From: Candidatus Aldehydirespirator catecholifindens
GTDB taxonomy: Bacteria; Actinomycetota; Acidimicrobiia; Acidimicrobiales; Aldehydirespiratoraceae
DNA length: 64,000 bases
Assembly: GCA_028283245.1 (NCBI GenBank)
Contig: JAPYNU010000086.1
Location: 8 to 64,007, forward strand
Direction of reading: 5' to 3'
The notes beneath the pieces were generated by a model that saw only the letters and a program-made list of their open reading frames with translations, was not told where the DNA came from and made no database searches. Below, piece after piece: positions 47,062 through 60,454 of this stretch (position 1 is the first letter of the stretch; the number at the start of each line of letters is the position of its first letter). Both the position numbers and the translations under genes were made by a program.

Positions 47062-49215
47062 GTGCAGATCGTTGCAATGATGCCGAACGGTCGAGGCGGT
47101 TTGTGCCGAGCCCGTATCACTATCACCAACGATCGGATCAACGAGGTGGTCGCTTTCCCTGCGGGTCGTGATGTTGATCACGAAGACATTGACTTATCGC
47201 CGCATGTCGTTCTTCCTGGGTTCATTGATCTTCAGCTCAACGGTGCCTTCGGTCATGACATAACAGCCGAGCCCGAGAAGCTATGGACGATCGGAGCGCA
47301 GTTGCCGCGCCTAGGCATCACGGCATTTCTTCCCACTGTGATCACTTCAGAAGCGCATCAGCGGCAGGCGGCTTACGCCGCAATCCAGGCACGACCAGAC
47401 GGCTATAAGGGAGCGGTGCCGCTGGGCCTGCATATTGAGGGGCCCGCACTCTCAGCAGCTCGCGCTGGCACCCATCCCTGTGACCAACTAATCGCTGATG
47501 CTGCACCTCTAGCTGACGAACTGACTGCGGTCGCCGAGGCGGTGGCGCTCGTCACCATCGCGCCCGAGACCGTTAACGCGATCCGATCCATCGAAAGAAT
47601 TGCGTCATCTGGGATAGTTGTGTCATTAGGGCACACCGAGGCCAGCGCATCTCAGACCGTGGAAGCTCTGAAAGCGGGAGCGTCCGCATTCACACATCTC
47701 TTCAACGGGATGGGTCCGATACACCATCGAGAACTGGGTGCAGCGGGAACTGCACTGCTGCACCCCAAGGCCTATATCTCTTTGATTGCCGACGGCCACC
47801 ACCTAGCTAACGACACGATTCTGCTGATCTGGCGACTGGCCGGGCCGGGCCGCATCTGTCTGGTCACCGATGCTGTTGCTGGTATGGGTGCTCAGCCAGG
47901 TGTTCACCGCATCGGGGCCGTAGAAATTCGTTGCGAAGATGCGCCTCGCAATGACAACGGAGGCCTTGCTGGAGCGCTGGTGACCATGCCAGAAGCGGCA
48001 CGCCGACTGCGTGATGTTACTGGTGCTACCTGGGACGAAGTCATGGCAGTGACCTCATCAAATCAGGCGGCTCTGCTTGGCGATGCTGAACGTGGCAGGC
48101 TTGATGCCGGTCTTCGGGCGGATCTCGTTGTGGTTGACTCGCAACTGCAACCCGTTGCCACTTTCATCGCGGGTGAACTCGCTTGGTGGCGCGCTGAGAC
48201 TGCGATCACCTCACAGACGGCCATAAAAGCTCGCCACGGCTCAAGCGCAGGCGGCACAGACCGTCCTCAAGAGCACAGCGCTTTACCTAAGCATCTCAAC
48301 CCGCCCGAAGCTGTCCGCGACGGCGCTTTGGCCGCAATCGGCGTGGACATAGGCGGAACCTCCTTCAAAGCCGCGATATTCGACGGGATTGCCTTAGGCC
48401 CGGTGCACAGCGGTGCGACAGGCATGCACCGTCCGGCTTCAGAGGTGTTAGCCGAGATTCGCGACACGATCGAGGAGTTAACTGCGACCACCCAACTCGA
48501 ACTTCAAGGTGTTGGCATCGCCTGCACAGGGATCGTGGATCCTGTGTCTGGCACTGCCGTTCGTGGGGCGGGGTTGGGCTGGCACAATGTTGACGTGCTC
48601 GCTGCGCTGCGCGGTGAGCATGGGCTTCATCTCAAACTTGAACATGATGTCTACTTGGCTGCGCTCGCCGAATGGGAGACGGGCGCAGGTGTCGGCAGCG
48701 GATCAATGCTCTATGTCTCAATCGGCACTGGTATCGCTGCGCGAATGGTCTCTGAGCACGGCATTGAGCGGGGCCACGGCAACCTTGCAGGCGAGATGGG
48801 TTTCATGCCAGTCGGCAAAGACGGTCACCGACTTGAGTCGATTGCATCAGGACGCGCTATGTCCGATGTCTACCGCCGCTTGACCGCTAGATCGCTGACC
48901 GTAGAGCAGATCCTTACCGAAGCAGAGCAAGGCGACCCAGTTGCGGCTCAAGTCTGGGACGAGGCTATGAGCGCTCTCGCTCAAGGCATCACTGCTGCGG
49001 TCTGTCTGCAGGATCCCGAGATCGTGGTGATCGGCGGTGGTGTGTCCGCAGCCGGACAATCGCTTCTTGATGGCATCAAACCGAGAATCAAAACACTCAT
49101 AGATTCGCTGCGGGTGCCTCCTGCGGTTGTGCTGGCCGCCCATGGTGCCCACAGCGGCATCGTCGGCGCTGCACTATTAGGCGCTCGCAGTGTCTCTTTT
49201 GTGGTTTGGTCCTGA
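47062..49215 (+). CDS. fusion protein: N-acetylglucosamine-6-phosphate deacetylase (NagA) + ROK-like sugar kinase
   Basis: NagA motifs PGFIDLQLNGAFGHD, LGLHIEGP, THLFNGM. After a ~50 aa linker comes the ROK/ASKHA N-terminus IGVDIGGTSFKAA and later LAGEMGF. No CxCGxxGC zinc motif is visible. Confidence 0.8.
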   Translation: MQIVAMMPNGRGGLCRARITITNDRINEVVAFPAGRDVDHEDIDLSPHVVLPGFIDLQLNGAFGHDITAEPEKLWTIGAQLPRLGITAFLPTVITSEAHQRQAAYAAIQARPDGYKGAVPLGLHIEGPALSAARAGTHPCDQLIADAAPLADELTAVAEAVALVTIAPETVNAIRSIERIASSGIVVSLGHTEASASQTVEALKAGASAFTHLFNGMGPIHHRELGAAGTALLHPKAYISLIADGHHLANDTILLIWRLAGPGRICLVTDAVAGMGAQPGVHRIGAVEIRCEDAPRNDNGGLAGALVTMPEAARRLRDVTGATWDEVMAVTSSNQAALLGDAERGRLDAGLRADLVVVDSQLQPVATFIAGELAWWRAETAITSQTAIKARHGSSAGGTDRPQEHSALPKHLNPPEAVRDGALAAIGVDIGGTSFKAAIFDGIALGPVHSGATGMHRPASEVLAEIRDTIEELTATTQLELQGVGIACTGIVDPVSGTAVRGAGLGWHNVDVLAALRGEHGLHLKLEHDVYLAALAEWETGAGVGSGSMLYVSIGTGIAARMVSEHGIERGHGNLAGEMGFMPVGKDGHRLESIASGRAMSDVYRRLTARSLTVEQILTEAEQGDPVAAQVWDEAMSALAQGITAAVCLQDPEIVVIGGGVSAAGQSLLDGIKPRIKTLIDSLRVPPAVVLAAHGAHSGIVGAALLGARSVSFVVWS

Positions 49216-49307
49216 TTTGTGGTTTGAACCTGGTTATTGATTTGAGCCTGGTTGATATAGACAAGCTGGTTTGGGCTTTGCGGGTTATGGCTCGGTAGTG
49301 TTGCGCT

Positions 49308-51161
49308 ATGCCACAGCTCAGATCTCACACCACCACCCAGGGTCGCAACATGGCTGGAGCACGAGCCCTCTGGCGAGCCACCGGCATGACCGACGACGAC
49401 TTCGACAAACCGATAGTGGCCGTCGCTAACTCGTTTACCCAGTTCGTGCCCGGACATGTGCATCTGCGCAATCTCGGCAAACTAGTAGCAGACGAGATCG
49501 CTGCTGCTGGTGGCGTAGCTAAAGAGTTCAACACCATCGCAGTTGACGACGGCATTGCTATGGGTCATAGCGGGATGCTTTACAGCCTGCCGAGTCGTGA
49601 CCTTATTGCCGACTCGGTTGAGTACATGGTCAACGCTCACTGCGCTGACGCGCTGGTTTGCATCTCTAACTGCGACAAGATCACTCCAGGCATGTTGATA
49701 GCAGCAATGCGGCTCAACGTGCCGACCGTGTTCGTTTCGGGCGGCCCAATGGAAGCAGGCAAAACCAAACTGGCTGGGGTCAGCGTAAAACTGGATTTGA
49801 TCAACCCGATGATCTCCGCTGGAGACCCGTCGGTGAGCGACGCAGAACTACTGGAAATGGAACGAGCCGCGTGCCCTACCTGCGGGTCGTGTTCGGGCAT
49901 GTTCACCGCTAACTCCATGAACTGCCTTACCGAAGCATTGGGGTTATCACTGCCAGGCAATGGCACCACGTTGGCCACTCACAGCGACCGACGAGAACTG
50001 TTCTGTCAGGCTGGACGGCTTGTGGTTGATTTGGCTCAGCGCTACTACAGCAAAGACGACGAGTCGGTGCTGCCTCGCTCAATTGCCACCAAGACAGCCT
50101 TCGACAACGCCATGCGCCTTGATATTGCCATGGGTGGATCCACCAACACTGTGCTGCACATCTTGGCCGCAGCGCGAGAAGGTGGCGTGGACTTCACTAT
50201 GTCCGACATTGACCGGCTCAGCCGCAGCACTCCAAATATTTGCAAAGTGGCACCATCAAGCGAAGAGTTCCATGTGGAAGATGTGCATCGTGCTGGAGGA
50301 ATCATGGGCATCCTCGCAGAACTTGACCGAGGCGGCCTGCTTGACACGTCGGTAAGCACGGTTCATTCGGCCACGTTGGCGGATGCTTTGGCGGTATGGG
50401 ACGTGATGCGTGATCCCGCGGCCGGGGTCGTTGAGTTCTTCAAGGCGGGCCCAGCAGGCATTCCCACCCAGGAACCGTTCAGTCAGTCAAGCAGATGGCC
50501 TTCTCTTGACACTGACCGTAACAGTGGCTGCATCCGCACGGTTGCCGATCCCTACAACGCCGATGGTGGGCTCGCAGTGCTTTTCGGGAATATCGCCATC
50601 GACGGCTGCATTGTCAAAACTGCTGGCGTGGATTCTTCGATTCTGAGATTCTCAGGCCCGGCGAGAGTGTTTGAGAGCCAAGAGGAAGCATGCGATGGGA
50701 TCCTTGACACCGACAACGGGATACAACCCGGCGATGTGGTGATCGTGCGATATGAAGGCCCGCGCGGTGGGCCTGGGATGCAAGAAATGCTTTATCCCAC
50801 GTCATACATCAAGTCACGGGGGCTCGGCAAAGAGTGCGCTCTGTTCACCGACGGTCGCTTCTCGGGGGGAACTTCGGGATTGTCGATTGGTCATGCATCC
50901 CCAGAAGCTGCCGAAGGCGGAGCAATAGCTCTAATCCGCGACGGTGACATCATTGATATTGACATACCTGCGCGCACAATTAATGTGCGAGTAGACGACA
51001 GCGAACTACAGCGCCGCCGCGCCGAAGAAGATGCCCGCAGCGACGCTTGGACTCCGCAGTCACGTCAACGTCAAGTGTCGGCCGCGTTACAGGCTTACGC
51101 TGCCATGGCTACATCAGCAGACAAGGGCGCAGTGCGCGACGTAGCGCGTCTCAACATCTGA
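49308..51161 (+). CDS. ilvD: dihydroxy-acid dehydratase
   Basis: 617 aa with [27 protein letters not shown] and [20 protein letters not shown]. Confidence 0.95.
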   Translation: MPQLRSHTTTQGRNMAGARALWRATGMTDDDFDKPIVAVANSFTQFVPGHVHLRNLGKLVADEIAAAGGVAKEFNTIAVDDGIAMGHSGMLYSLPSRDLIADSVEYMVNAHCADALVCISNCDKITPGMLIAAMRLNVPTVFVSGGPMEAGKTKLAGVSVKLDLINPMISAGDPSVSDAELLEMERAACPTCGSCSGMFTANSMNCLTEALGLSLPGNGTTLATHSDRRELFCQAGRLVVDLAQRYYSKDDESVLPRSIATKTAFDNAMRLDIAMGGSTNTVLHILAAAREGGVDFTMSDIDRLSRSTPNICKVAPSSEEFHVEDVHRAGGIMGILAELDRGGLLDTSVSTVHSATLADALAVWDVMRDPAAGVVEFFKAGPAGIPTQEPFSQSSRWPSLDTDRNSGCIRTVADPYNADGGLAVLFGNIAIDGCIVKTAGVDSSILRFSGPARVFESQEEACDGILDTDNGIQPGDVVIVRYEGPRGGPGMQEMLYPTSYIKSRGLGKECALFTDGRFSGGTSGLSIGHASPEAAEGGAIALIRDGDIIDIDIPARTINVRVDDSELQRRRAEEDARSDAWTPQSRQRQVSAALQAYAAMATSADKGAVRDVARLNI

Positions 51162-51199
51162 GCAGAGCCACCGGTTTGTTCTCTGCCAGTTTTGTTTTG
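51162..51199 (+). terminator. weak candidate intrinsic terminator after ilvD
   Basis: 6-bp stem gcagag/ctctgc with a 13-nt loop, followed by cagttttgtttt. Short stem and large loop. Confidence 0.3.
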
Positions 51200-51228
51200 C
51201 CGCCGAAGGCGACGACTGCAATGACTGG

Positions 51229-52674
51229 CTAAAACCGCTCCGAAGGTGCTGGCGGCAAAGCCGGACGCACACATCCTTCGGTTGCGGCGCAGGCTGCCAC
51301 TGCGGCAGCCACACGAGCCGCGACCCGACGATCAAACACCGACGGCACGATGTGATTGCGATCTAAGTCTTCGGCCTCAACCACGTCGGCGATGGCAGTG
51401 GCTGCCGCTGCTTTCATTTGTTCGGTGATGCATGTGGCTCCAGCGTCAAGAGCCCCCCGGAACACACCAGGAAACGCCAAAACGTTGTTGATCTGATTAG
51501 GGAAATCGGATCTGCCGGTAGCCATAACCGCCACCATGCCATCGACTTGTTCGGGACGTATCTCGGGTTCGGGATTAGCCATCGCGAACACGATGGGATC
51601 GCGTGCCATGGAACCAACATCAGCGGGCGTGAGAACACCAGGTGCCGACACGCCGATAAACACATCGGCACCTTTGATCACATCGGAGAGCGGCCCGGTC
51701 TTGTTATGCGGATTGCTGTGATCAATGAACCATCGCTTCGAAACGTTCATCACTTTGCAGCCTGCATGCACGGCACCGTTGCGATCAACGCCGACCATCT
51801 CCCCGACACCCGCGTCATGCAGCATTTTGGCGACCGCCAGCCCTGCTGCGCCTGTGCCGCAAACCACCACAGAAATATCGCTGAGCTTTTTGTCGATCAG
51901 CTTCAAAGCATTGCGAAGCGCTGCGATGGTGACAATTGCCGTGCCGTGTTGATCATCATGGAATACAGGAATTTCTAGAGCGTCAATGAGACGCTCTTCA
52001 ATCTCGAAAGCTGCTGGAGCTGCGATGTCTTCGAGGTTCACTCCGCCAAACGCTGGTGACATGCGTACCACTGTCTCGACGAGTTCATCTGGGGTGGACA
52101 CATCTAGGCACACCGGGAACGCATCCACGCCAGCAAACTCTTTGAACAGCAGAGCCTTACCCTCCATAACCGGTAGCGCCGCCGCCGGACCGATGTTTCC
52201 TAAGCCCAGTACTGCGGTGCCGTCGGTGACTATGGCGACGCTGTTCTTGACGATTGTGTGGCTATAGCGCAGCATCGGTTCCTGTGCGATGGCGTTGCAC
52301 ACTCTTGCCACTCCCGGCGTGTAGGCCATCGCCAGATCATGCACATCCCCAACAGAACAAAGCGGGTTAACCTCAATTTTTCCGCCTTCGTGCAGCCTAA
52401 AAGTGCGGTCCCACCAGTCGACGACGGTCACCCCGTCAAGGTCGCTGACAGCCGACACGATGCGACGAGCGTGATTCGGCGACTCTGCCAACACATCAAT
52501 CTCTCGGATGATCACAAGCCCCTTGGCTTCAAAGCCTGGGATGGCTGCGATATTTCCGCCAGCCGCTCCGACCGCAGTGGCGAAACGTCCCAGAGTGCCG
52601 GGGCGATTGCCGAGAGACACCTTGATTGTGATTGAGTATGCAGGAGTAGGGGTTTCCATTGAATCACTCTCCAT
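51229..52674 (-). CDS. NAD(P)-dependent malic enzyme with N-terminal ACT-like domain
   Basis: Malic enzyme motifs MAYTPGVARV, FHDDQHGTAIV and VVCGTGAAGLA. The N-terminal ~90 aa are ACT-like. Confidence 0.9.
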   Translation of the reverse strand: MESDSMETPTPAYSITIKVSLGNRPGTLGRFATAVGAAGGNIAAIPGFEAKGLVIIREIDVLAESPNHARRIVSAVSDLDGVTVVDWWDRTFRLHEGGKIEVNPLCSVGDVHDLAMAYTPGVARVCNAIAQEPMLRYSHTIVKNSVAIVTDGTAVLGLGNIGPAAALPVMEGKALLFKEFAGVDAFPVCLDVSTPDELVETVVRMSPAFGGVNLEDIAAPAAFEIEERLIDALEIPVFHDDQHGTAIVTIAALRNALKLIDKKLSDISVVVCGTGAAGLAVAKMLHDAGVGEMVGVDRNGAVHAGCKVMNVSKRWFIDHSNPHNKTGPLSDVIKGADVFIGVSAPGVLTPADVGSMARDPIVFAMANPEPEIRPEQVDGMVAVMATGRSDFPNQINNVLAFPGVFRGALDAGATCITEQMKAAAATAIADVVEAEDLDRNHIVPSVFDRRVAARVAAAVAACAATEGCVRPALPPAPSERF

Positions 52675-52929
52675 AGTTCGCAGAGCATACGGGCAAGCTT
52701 GTTAAGGGCCTCAGCTTGTGAAGGGCCTCTCAGAGCAACTTGGGCAAGATACAGATACACGCAACGATAGTCGACTCTTGATGCTCAGCCGAGCGCACCG
52801 ACAGTTCATCGCCCAGCCCATCGCCAATATTATTATTTCGGTAGTTGGTGTCATTATGTCGCGAAAGCCCGATACTCTTGAGAATTGAATATTTTGTGCC
52901 AGCGAAAGGAAAAGTCATTGGTACGTTAC

Positions 52930-53316
52930 ATGTCAGATGAGCATCGAGCAGCTAATGCCAAAGCTCGTGAAGAGAACCGGACTGTAAGCGACTATCTCCA
53001 AGCAATTGAGTCGCACAAGCCGAAGCGGGGTCGCCAGCGCACCGCCGAATCCATCAGCAAGCGCCTAGACGCGATCAGCGAAGCTCTTGAATCTGCAACA
53101 CCGATTCGTCGTGTTCAGTTGATCCAAGAGCGCATTGATCTTGAGGGTGCCTTGTCTGCTCCTGAAGAAGTTGTCGACATCTCTGGGTTGGAAGACAATT
53201 TCGTTGCTGTTGCGGTGTCTTACAGTGGCCGTAAGGGCATCACTTACGCCGCTTGGCGTGAAGTGGGTGTTCCTGCTGCCACGTTGAAGCGCGCGGGTAT
53301 CAGCCGCGGCGCTTAG
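52930..53316 (+). CDS. small conserved-looking hypothetical protein with AT-hook-like KPKRGRQR motif
   Basis: ATG at 52930 preceded by aaaggaaaag. 128 aa. The KRGRQR motif and C-terminal YAAWREVGVPAATLKRAGI suggest nucleic-acid binding. Followed by a strong terminator. Confidence 0.5.
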   Translation: MSDEHRAANAKAREENRTVSDYLQAIESHKPKRGRQRTAESISKRLDAISEALESATPIRRVQLIQERIDLEGALSAPEEVVDISGLEDNFVAVAVSYSGRKGITYAAWREVGVPAATLKRAGISRGA

Positions 53317-53325
53317 AACTGCTAA

Positions 53326-53363
53326 CTGGTGCAGCAGGATTTAAATCCTGCTGCACCAGTTTT
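53326..53363 (+). terminator. Rho-independent terminator (15-bp perfect stem, 4-nt loop, T tract)
   Basis: ctggtgcagcaggat-ttaa-atcctgctgcaccag followed by tttt. Begins 10 nt after the stop of the 128 aa ORF. Confidence 0.7.
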
Positions 53364-53481
53364 GCAACAAAATCCCGTCGCGACCCAGTCGCAACCCAGT
53401 TGCACTGAAATCCGACTGAGCACCTGTGGTGGAGTCGGGCAGGTTAAAGCGGCCCACTTGAAAGCCTGAGGTTCGCTTGAG

Positions 53482-56204
<2,723 letters not shown>

Positions 56205-56231
56205 TTAAGTGCTGAGCGTTACCGGCTAAGC

Positions 56232-58826
56232 CTACTGTGTCTGCCGGGAACTTTCGCCGTAGTGCTCCTCTTTGATGGTGCCTACTCTGGTGTGCTCTGA
56301 TCTGGTGTGCTCTGTTCCAGTGTGGTCTGATCCGCTTCGCACAACCAGCTTTGTGTTCGGGGTCTCAGAATGATCAACATCCACCATCACAACATCGTTC
56401 TCGTCGAACTGGCCCTGTAGTAATCCCACAGCCAGCGGGTCACCCACACAGCGTTGTATGAGACGCTTCAACGGTCGAGCCCCGAACGCAGGGTCATAAC
56501 CGCTTTCAGCCAAAAATGCTTTGGCGGCATCGCTGACTTTTAGCCCGAGGCGCTGCTGCTGCAGTCGATCACTGAGCCCTCGCAGTTGAATCTCAACGAT
56601 CGCAACTAGATCTTCGGGGGTAAGCGACTCAAATCGCACGATGTCGTCTATGCGATTCACGAACTCGGGGCGGAAGAAGCTGCCCGGTTCGCCCTGCAGG
56701 TTGGAGGTCATGATCAATACCACATTGCTGAAATCAACGGTGCGGCCTTGACCGTCGGTGAGCCGCCCATCATCAAGCAGTTGCAGCAGCACGCCGAACA
56801 CTTCGGGGTGAGCTTTCTCGACTTCGTCAAGCAACACCACCGCATAAGGTCGCCGACGAACCGACTCGGTGAGCTGACCCCCTGAGTCGTAACCGACATA
56901 CCCAGGGGGTGCGCCGATTAGTCGCGACACTGAGTGTTTCTCCAGATACTCCGACATGTCAATACGCACCATGGCTTGTTCATCATCGAACAAGAACTCC
57001 GCTAAAGACCGTGCCAGTTCAGTTTTGCCAACTCCAGTGGGACCCAGAAAAAGAAAGCTTCCTATGGGCTTGTGCGGATCCGAAAGCCCTACACGGCTGC
57101 GACGAATGGCGTTAGCCACCACCGACACGGCCTGATCTTGACCCACGACCCGATCATGGAGATGCTCTTCTAAGCGGATCAGTTTGTCGGCTTCGCCTTC
57201 CATCAGCCGAGATACTGGCACTCCCGTTGAGCGGCTCACCACGACCGCAATGTGGTCGGTGTCGACTTCTTCGGTGAGCATCGATGAGTTCTGCTGCAGC
57301 TTTGCTAAACGACCTGTGGCTTCTTCGATACGACGTTCCGTCGCGGGAATGATCCCGAAGCGGATCTCTGCGGCGCGCTCCAGATCTGGTTCACGTTCTA
57401 GCTCTGAACGCTGAGCTTCTAATTCTTCTTTTAGCGAGCGGATCACACCAATGGCTTCTTTTTCGGCCTGCCAGCGAGCAGTCAACGAAGCAGATTCCTC
57501 GGATAGATCAGCAATCTCTCGCTCTAGGTCGCCGAGGCGCTCTTTGGAGGTGCTGTCACTTTCGTCCGATAGCGCGACGCGCTCCATTTCCAGTTGACGC
57601 AGCCTTCGCTGCACCACGTCAATCTCCGTAGGCACCGAGTCGATCTCAATGCGTAAAGAACTGGCTGCTTCATCAATCAAGTCGATGGCCTTGTCGGGAA
57701 GGAACCGACCGGTGATGTAACGATCCGACAGTTCGGCTGCTGCGATCAGCGCCGAGTCTTTGATGCGCACCCCGTGATGCACCTCATAGCGCTCGCGCAA
57801 GCCGCGCAGGATCGCAACTGTGGCCTCAACCGACGGCGGCTTCACCAGCACAGGCTGGAAGCGGCGCTCTAAGGCGGCATCGCTTTCCACATGCTTGCGG
57901 TATTCGTCTCCAGTGGTGGCACCCACCATCCGCAGCGTGCCACGGGCCAGCATCGGTTTGAGCTGGTTGGCGGCATCCATGGCACCCTCAGCACCGCCAG
58001 CACCGACCACGGTGTGCAGTTCATCAAGGAAGGTGATGATCTCACCGCCGGATTCCTCGATCTCTGTGAGCACTGCTTGCAGACGCTCCTCAAACTCGCC
58101 TCGATATTTGGTACCTGCCACCATGGCAGCCAGATCAAGCACCACTAAACGTTTGTTAGCCAGGCTGTCGGGAACGTCTCCGTCAACAATGCGCTGCGCT
58201 AAGCCCTCAACTATGGCCGTCTTGCCCACGCCGGGCTCGCCGATCAGCACCGGGTTGTTTTTGCGGCGACGTGCCAGAACCCTGATAACACGACGGATCT
58301 CATCGTCACGGCCGATCACCGGGTCAAGACTGCCTTGGCGCGCTTGTTCGGTGAGATCCAAGCCGTAACGTTCCAGCACCTGATAGGAATCTTCGGGGGT
58401 GGTGCTAGTCACCCGACGGCTGCCTCGTGCATCGCGCAGCACTTTCAACAGCAGTTCCTGATCTGTGCCCAAATGGTCGCTAAGGGCGAGGATCAAATGC
58501 TCGGTTGAGAGGTAATCATCGCCTAAGTCGCTGCGTAACCGGTCGGCTTCGCTGAGCGTGTCATGCAGTTCACGCGACAAGCCGACTTCTGAGCCATAGG
58601 CATGTGGTAGCTGAGCGAGGCGTTGGCGAGCCTGCTCCAAGGTGGCACCATGATCCACGCCCGCCGAATGCAGCATTGGTGCCACTAGGCCTTCACTTTG
58701 GCCCAGTAGAGCGATCAGCAGATGATCACCGGTGATCTCAGCATGCGAAGCTGCTCGGGCGGATTCGTTTGCTGCGGCGAATGCTTCGGTGGTTTTTTGT
58801 GTCCAGCGGTTGGGGTCTAAAGCCAT
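56232..58826 (-). CDS. clpB: ATP-dependent chaperone ClpB
   Basis: 864 aa. Clp N domain, two AAA modules ([18 protein letters not shown]), a middle coiled-coil, and a C-terminal tail with an EHTR repeat. Confidence 0.95.
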   Translation of the reverse strand: MALDPNRWTQKTTEAFAAANESARAASHAEITGDHLLIALLGQSEGLVAPMLHSAGVDHGATLEQARQRLAQLPHAYGSEVGLSRELHDTLSEADRLRSDLGDDYLSTEHLILALSDHLGTDQELLLKVLRDARGSRRVTSTTPEDSYQVLERYGLDLTEQARQGSLDPVIGRDDEIRRVIRVLARRRKNNPVLIGEPGVGKTAIVEGLAQRIVDGDVPDSLANKRLVVLDLAAMVAGTKYRGEFEERLQAVLTEIEESGGEIITFLDELHTVVGAGGAEGAMDAANQLKPMLARGTLRMVGATTGDEYRKHVESDAALERRFQPVLVKPPSVEATVAILRGLRERYEVHHGVRIKDSALIAAAELSDRYITGRFLPDKAIDLIDEAASSLRIEIDSVPTEIDVVQRRLRQLEMERVALSDESDSTSKERLGDLEREIADLSEESASLTARWQAEKEAIGVIRSLKEELEAQRSELEREPDLERAAEIRFGIIPATERRIEEATGRLAKLQQNSSMLTEEVDTDHIAVVVSRSTGVPVSRLMEGEADKLIRLEEHLHDRVVGQDQAVSVVANAIRRSRVGLSDPHKPIGSFLFLGPTGVGKTELARSLAEFLFDDEQAMVRIDMSEYLEKHSVSRLIGAPPGYVGYDSGGQLTESVRRRPYAVVLLDEVEKAHPEVFGVLLQLLDDGRLTDGQGRTVDFSNVVLIMTSNLQGEPGSFFRPEFVNRIDDIVRFESLTPEDLVAIVEIQLRGLSDRLQQQRLGLKVSDAAKAFLAESGYDPAFGARPLKRLIQRCVGDPLAVGLLQGQFDENDVVMVDVDHSETPNTKLVVRSGSDHTGTEHTRSEHTRVGTIKEEHYGESSRQTQ
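56286..56330 (-). repeat. 15-bp imperfect tandem repeat x3 in the clpB 3' end
   Basis: Plus strand reads tctggtgtgctctga tctggtgtgctctgt tccagtgtggtctga. Encodes ...[15 protein letters not shown]... on the minus strand. Confidence 0.8.
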
Positions 58827-58828
58827 GT

Positions 58829-59302
58829 TTACTCGCTTTTGGGGGTGAACGGTTCAACGGGTTTGACCGGTTCAACGGGTTCTACGGGCTCGATCACCGA
58901 AGCTGGGCCGCGTGTGGCGCGGTAGAGCGTCACCGATGTGTCGCTGCGATTGGCTGGCATCAGCCGTCCGCGACCACGGAAACCGCTAGCCAGCAGTTCG
59001 GCTGCTTGACGTTGCTGAGTTCGGCGCACGTTGTCGAGTTCGTCTTGAAGCGCTGCAACGGTCTGCTCTAGCTCTAGAACCCGCTGCACTCCGGCAAGGT
59101 TGAGACCTGCTTCGCTGAGTTCGGTGATGCGTTGTAACAGCGCTACGTCAGCGTCGCTGTAGCGGCGGCTGCCCCCAGGGGTGCGCGCTGGCTCGAGCAG
59201 ACCTTTGCGTTCATAGATGCGCAGCGTCTGTGGATGCACTCCCGCCAGTTCGGCGGCCACCGAGATCACGTAGACGGCTTGATGGAAGCGTTTGTCATTC
59301 AT
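58829..59302 (-). CDS. hspR: MerR-family heat-shock repressor HspR
   Basis: N-terminal Mer[42 protein letters not shown]. Located after dnaJ, as in actinobacterial dnaK operons. Confidence 0.85.
   Translation of the reverse strand: MNDKRFHQAVYVISVAAELAGVHPQTLRIYERKGLLEPARTPGGSRRYSDADVALLQRITELSEAGLNLAGVQRVLELEQTVAALQDELDNVRRTQQRQAAELLASGFRGRGRLMPANRSDTSVTLYRATRGPASVIEPVEPVEPVKPVEPFTPKSE
58847..58895 (-). repeat. 9-bp tandem repeat encoding the (EPV)n-like tail of HspR
   Basis: Plus strand reads ...cggttcaac gggtttgac cggttcaac gggttctac gggctcgat. Encodes [15 protein letters not shown] on the minus strand. Boundaries are approximate. Confidence 0.7.
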
Positions 59303-60452
59303 CTTTGTTCTCCGTTCTGATATCTGTCGCTAGATGTAGATGAGCTCGCGGATTTTCGTCACTGGCATTAGCGAACGCCTCGACTGCGGCGCGCTGAGCC
59401 TCCGACAGTTCCTGAGGTATCACCACCTCAACTTCCACGATCAGGTCAGCTCCAGCAGTACCTGCGCCTGCCGGGATGCGGAGGCGTCGCCCTGTGGTTG
59501 TGCCTGCCGGGATGCGAATGGTCACCGAGGAGTCGTCGAGGGTGGGCACCGACACTTCGGCACCAAGCGCAGCCTCATCGAAGGTGATTGGCACTTTCAA
59601 GGTGAGGTTCTTGCCGGAGCGTCCAAAATGCTTATGCGGTTTGACGCGAACCCGCACATAAAGATCGCCGGATTTTGCCTTAGGCCCGCGACCAGCCGCT
59701 CCTCGGCCTGCAAGTTTGATGCGTTGCCCGTCACTAACACCTGCGGGTATGCGTGCCTTAGCGGTGCGGCGACGCTGTTCGGTGCCGTGGCCGCCACACA
59801 CATTGCAAGGATCATCAATAATTGAGCCTTGTCCTGAGCAGTTGCTGCAGGGTCTGCTAAAGGAGAACAAGCCCTGGTTCTCGTCGTTCAAGCCCGAACC
59901 CGAACACACTGCACACGTCCGTGGCGTAGATGACGGCTTGGCACCGCTGCCGTTGCAGGTTCCGCAGCGTGCTTCTCCTGTAACCGGCACCGACACGGTC
60001 ACGCCCGCCACAGCATCCGCAAAATCAATTTTCAGCTCGGTTTCGATGTCGGTGCCACGCTCAGCAGCTGCGGCGTGTCGTTGGCGACGCTGATTGAAGA
60101 AATCGCCGAACAGGTCGCCAATGTCGCTCATCTGCTCAAAGTTGAAGCCGCCAGCCGATCCAGTGCCACTGAAGCCTCCAGACGGTCCGGTGCCGCTGAA
60201 AGCACCCGGTATCGGACCCATCCGCCGCACCTCGTCATAGGACTTACGTTTGGCTTCGTCGCCGATCACGTCGTAAGCCGATGCCACCTCCTTAAAGCGC
60301 TCGTCGGCTGCGGCATCACCCGGGTTTGAGTCGGGATGCAGTTCCTTGGCGAGTCGGCGGTATGTCTTGGTGATCTCCCCGGCGGAAGCGTCGGAGGCCA
60401 CACCGAGGATCTTGTAGTAGTCCTTCTCAAACCATTCCCGCTGGGGATCCAT
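59295..60452 (-). CDS. dnaJ: molecular chaperone DnaJ
   Basis: J domain with HPD (KELHPDSNP), G/F region, and four CxxCxGxG zinc motifs. Confidence 0.95.
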   Translation of the reverse strand: MDPQREWFEKDYYKILGVASDASAGEITKTYRRLAKELHPDSNPGDAAADERFKEVASAYDVIGDEAKRKSYDEVRRMGPIPGAFSGTGPSGGFSGTGSAGGFNFEQMSDIGDLFGDFFNQRRQRHAAAAERGTDIETELKIDFADAVAGVTVSVPVTGEARCGTCNGSGAKPSSTPRTCAVCSGSGLNDENQGLFSFSRPCSNCSGQGSIIDDPCNVCGGHGTEQRRRTAKARIPAGVSDGQRIKLAGRGAAGRGPKAKSGDLYVRVRVKPHKHFGRSGKNLTLKVPITFDEAALGAEVSVPTLDDSSVTIRIPAGTTTGRRLRIPAGAGTAGADLIVEVEVVIPQELSEAQRAAVEAFANASDENPRAHLHLATDIRTENKDE

Positions 60453-60454
60453 GC

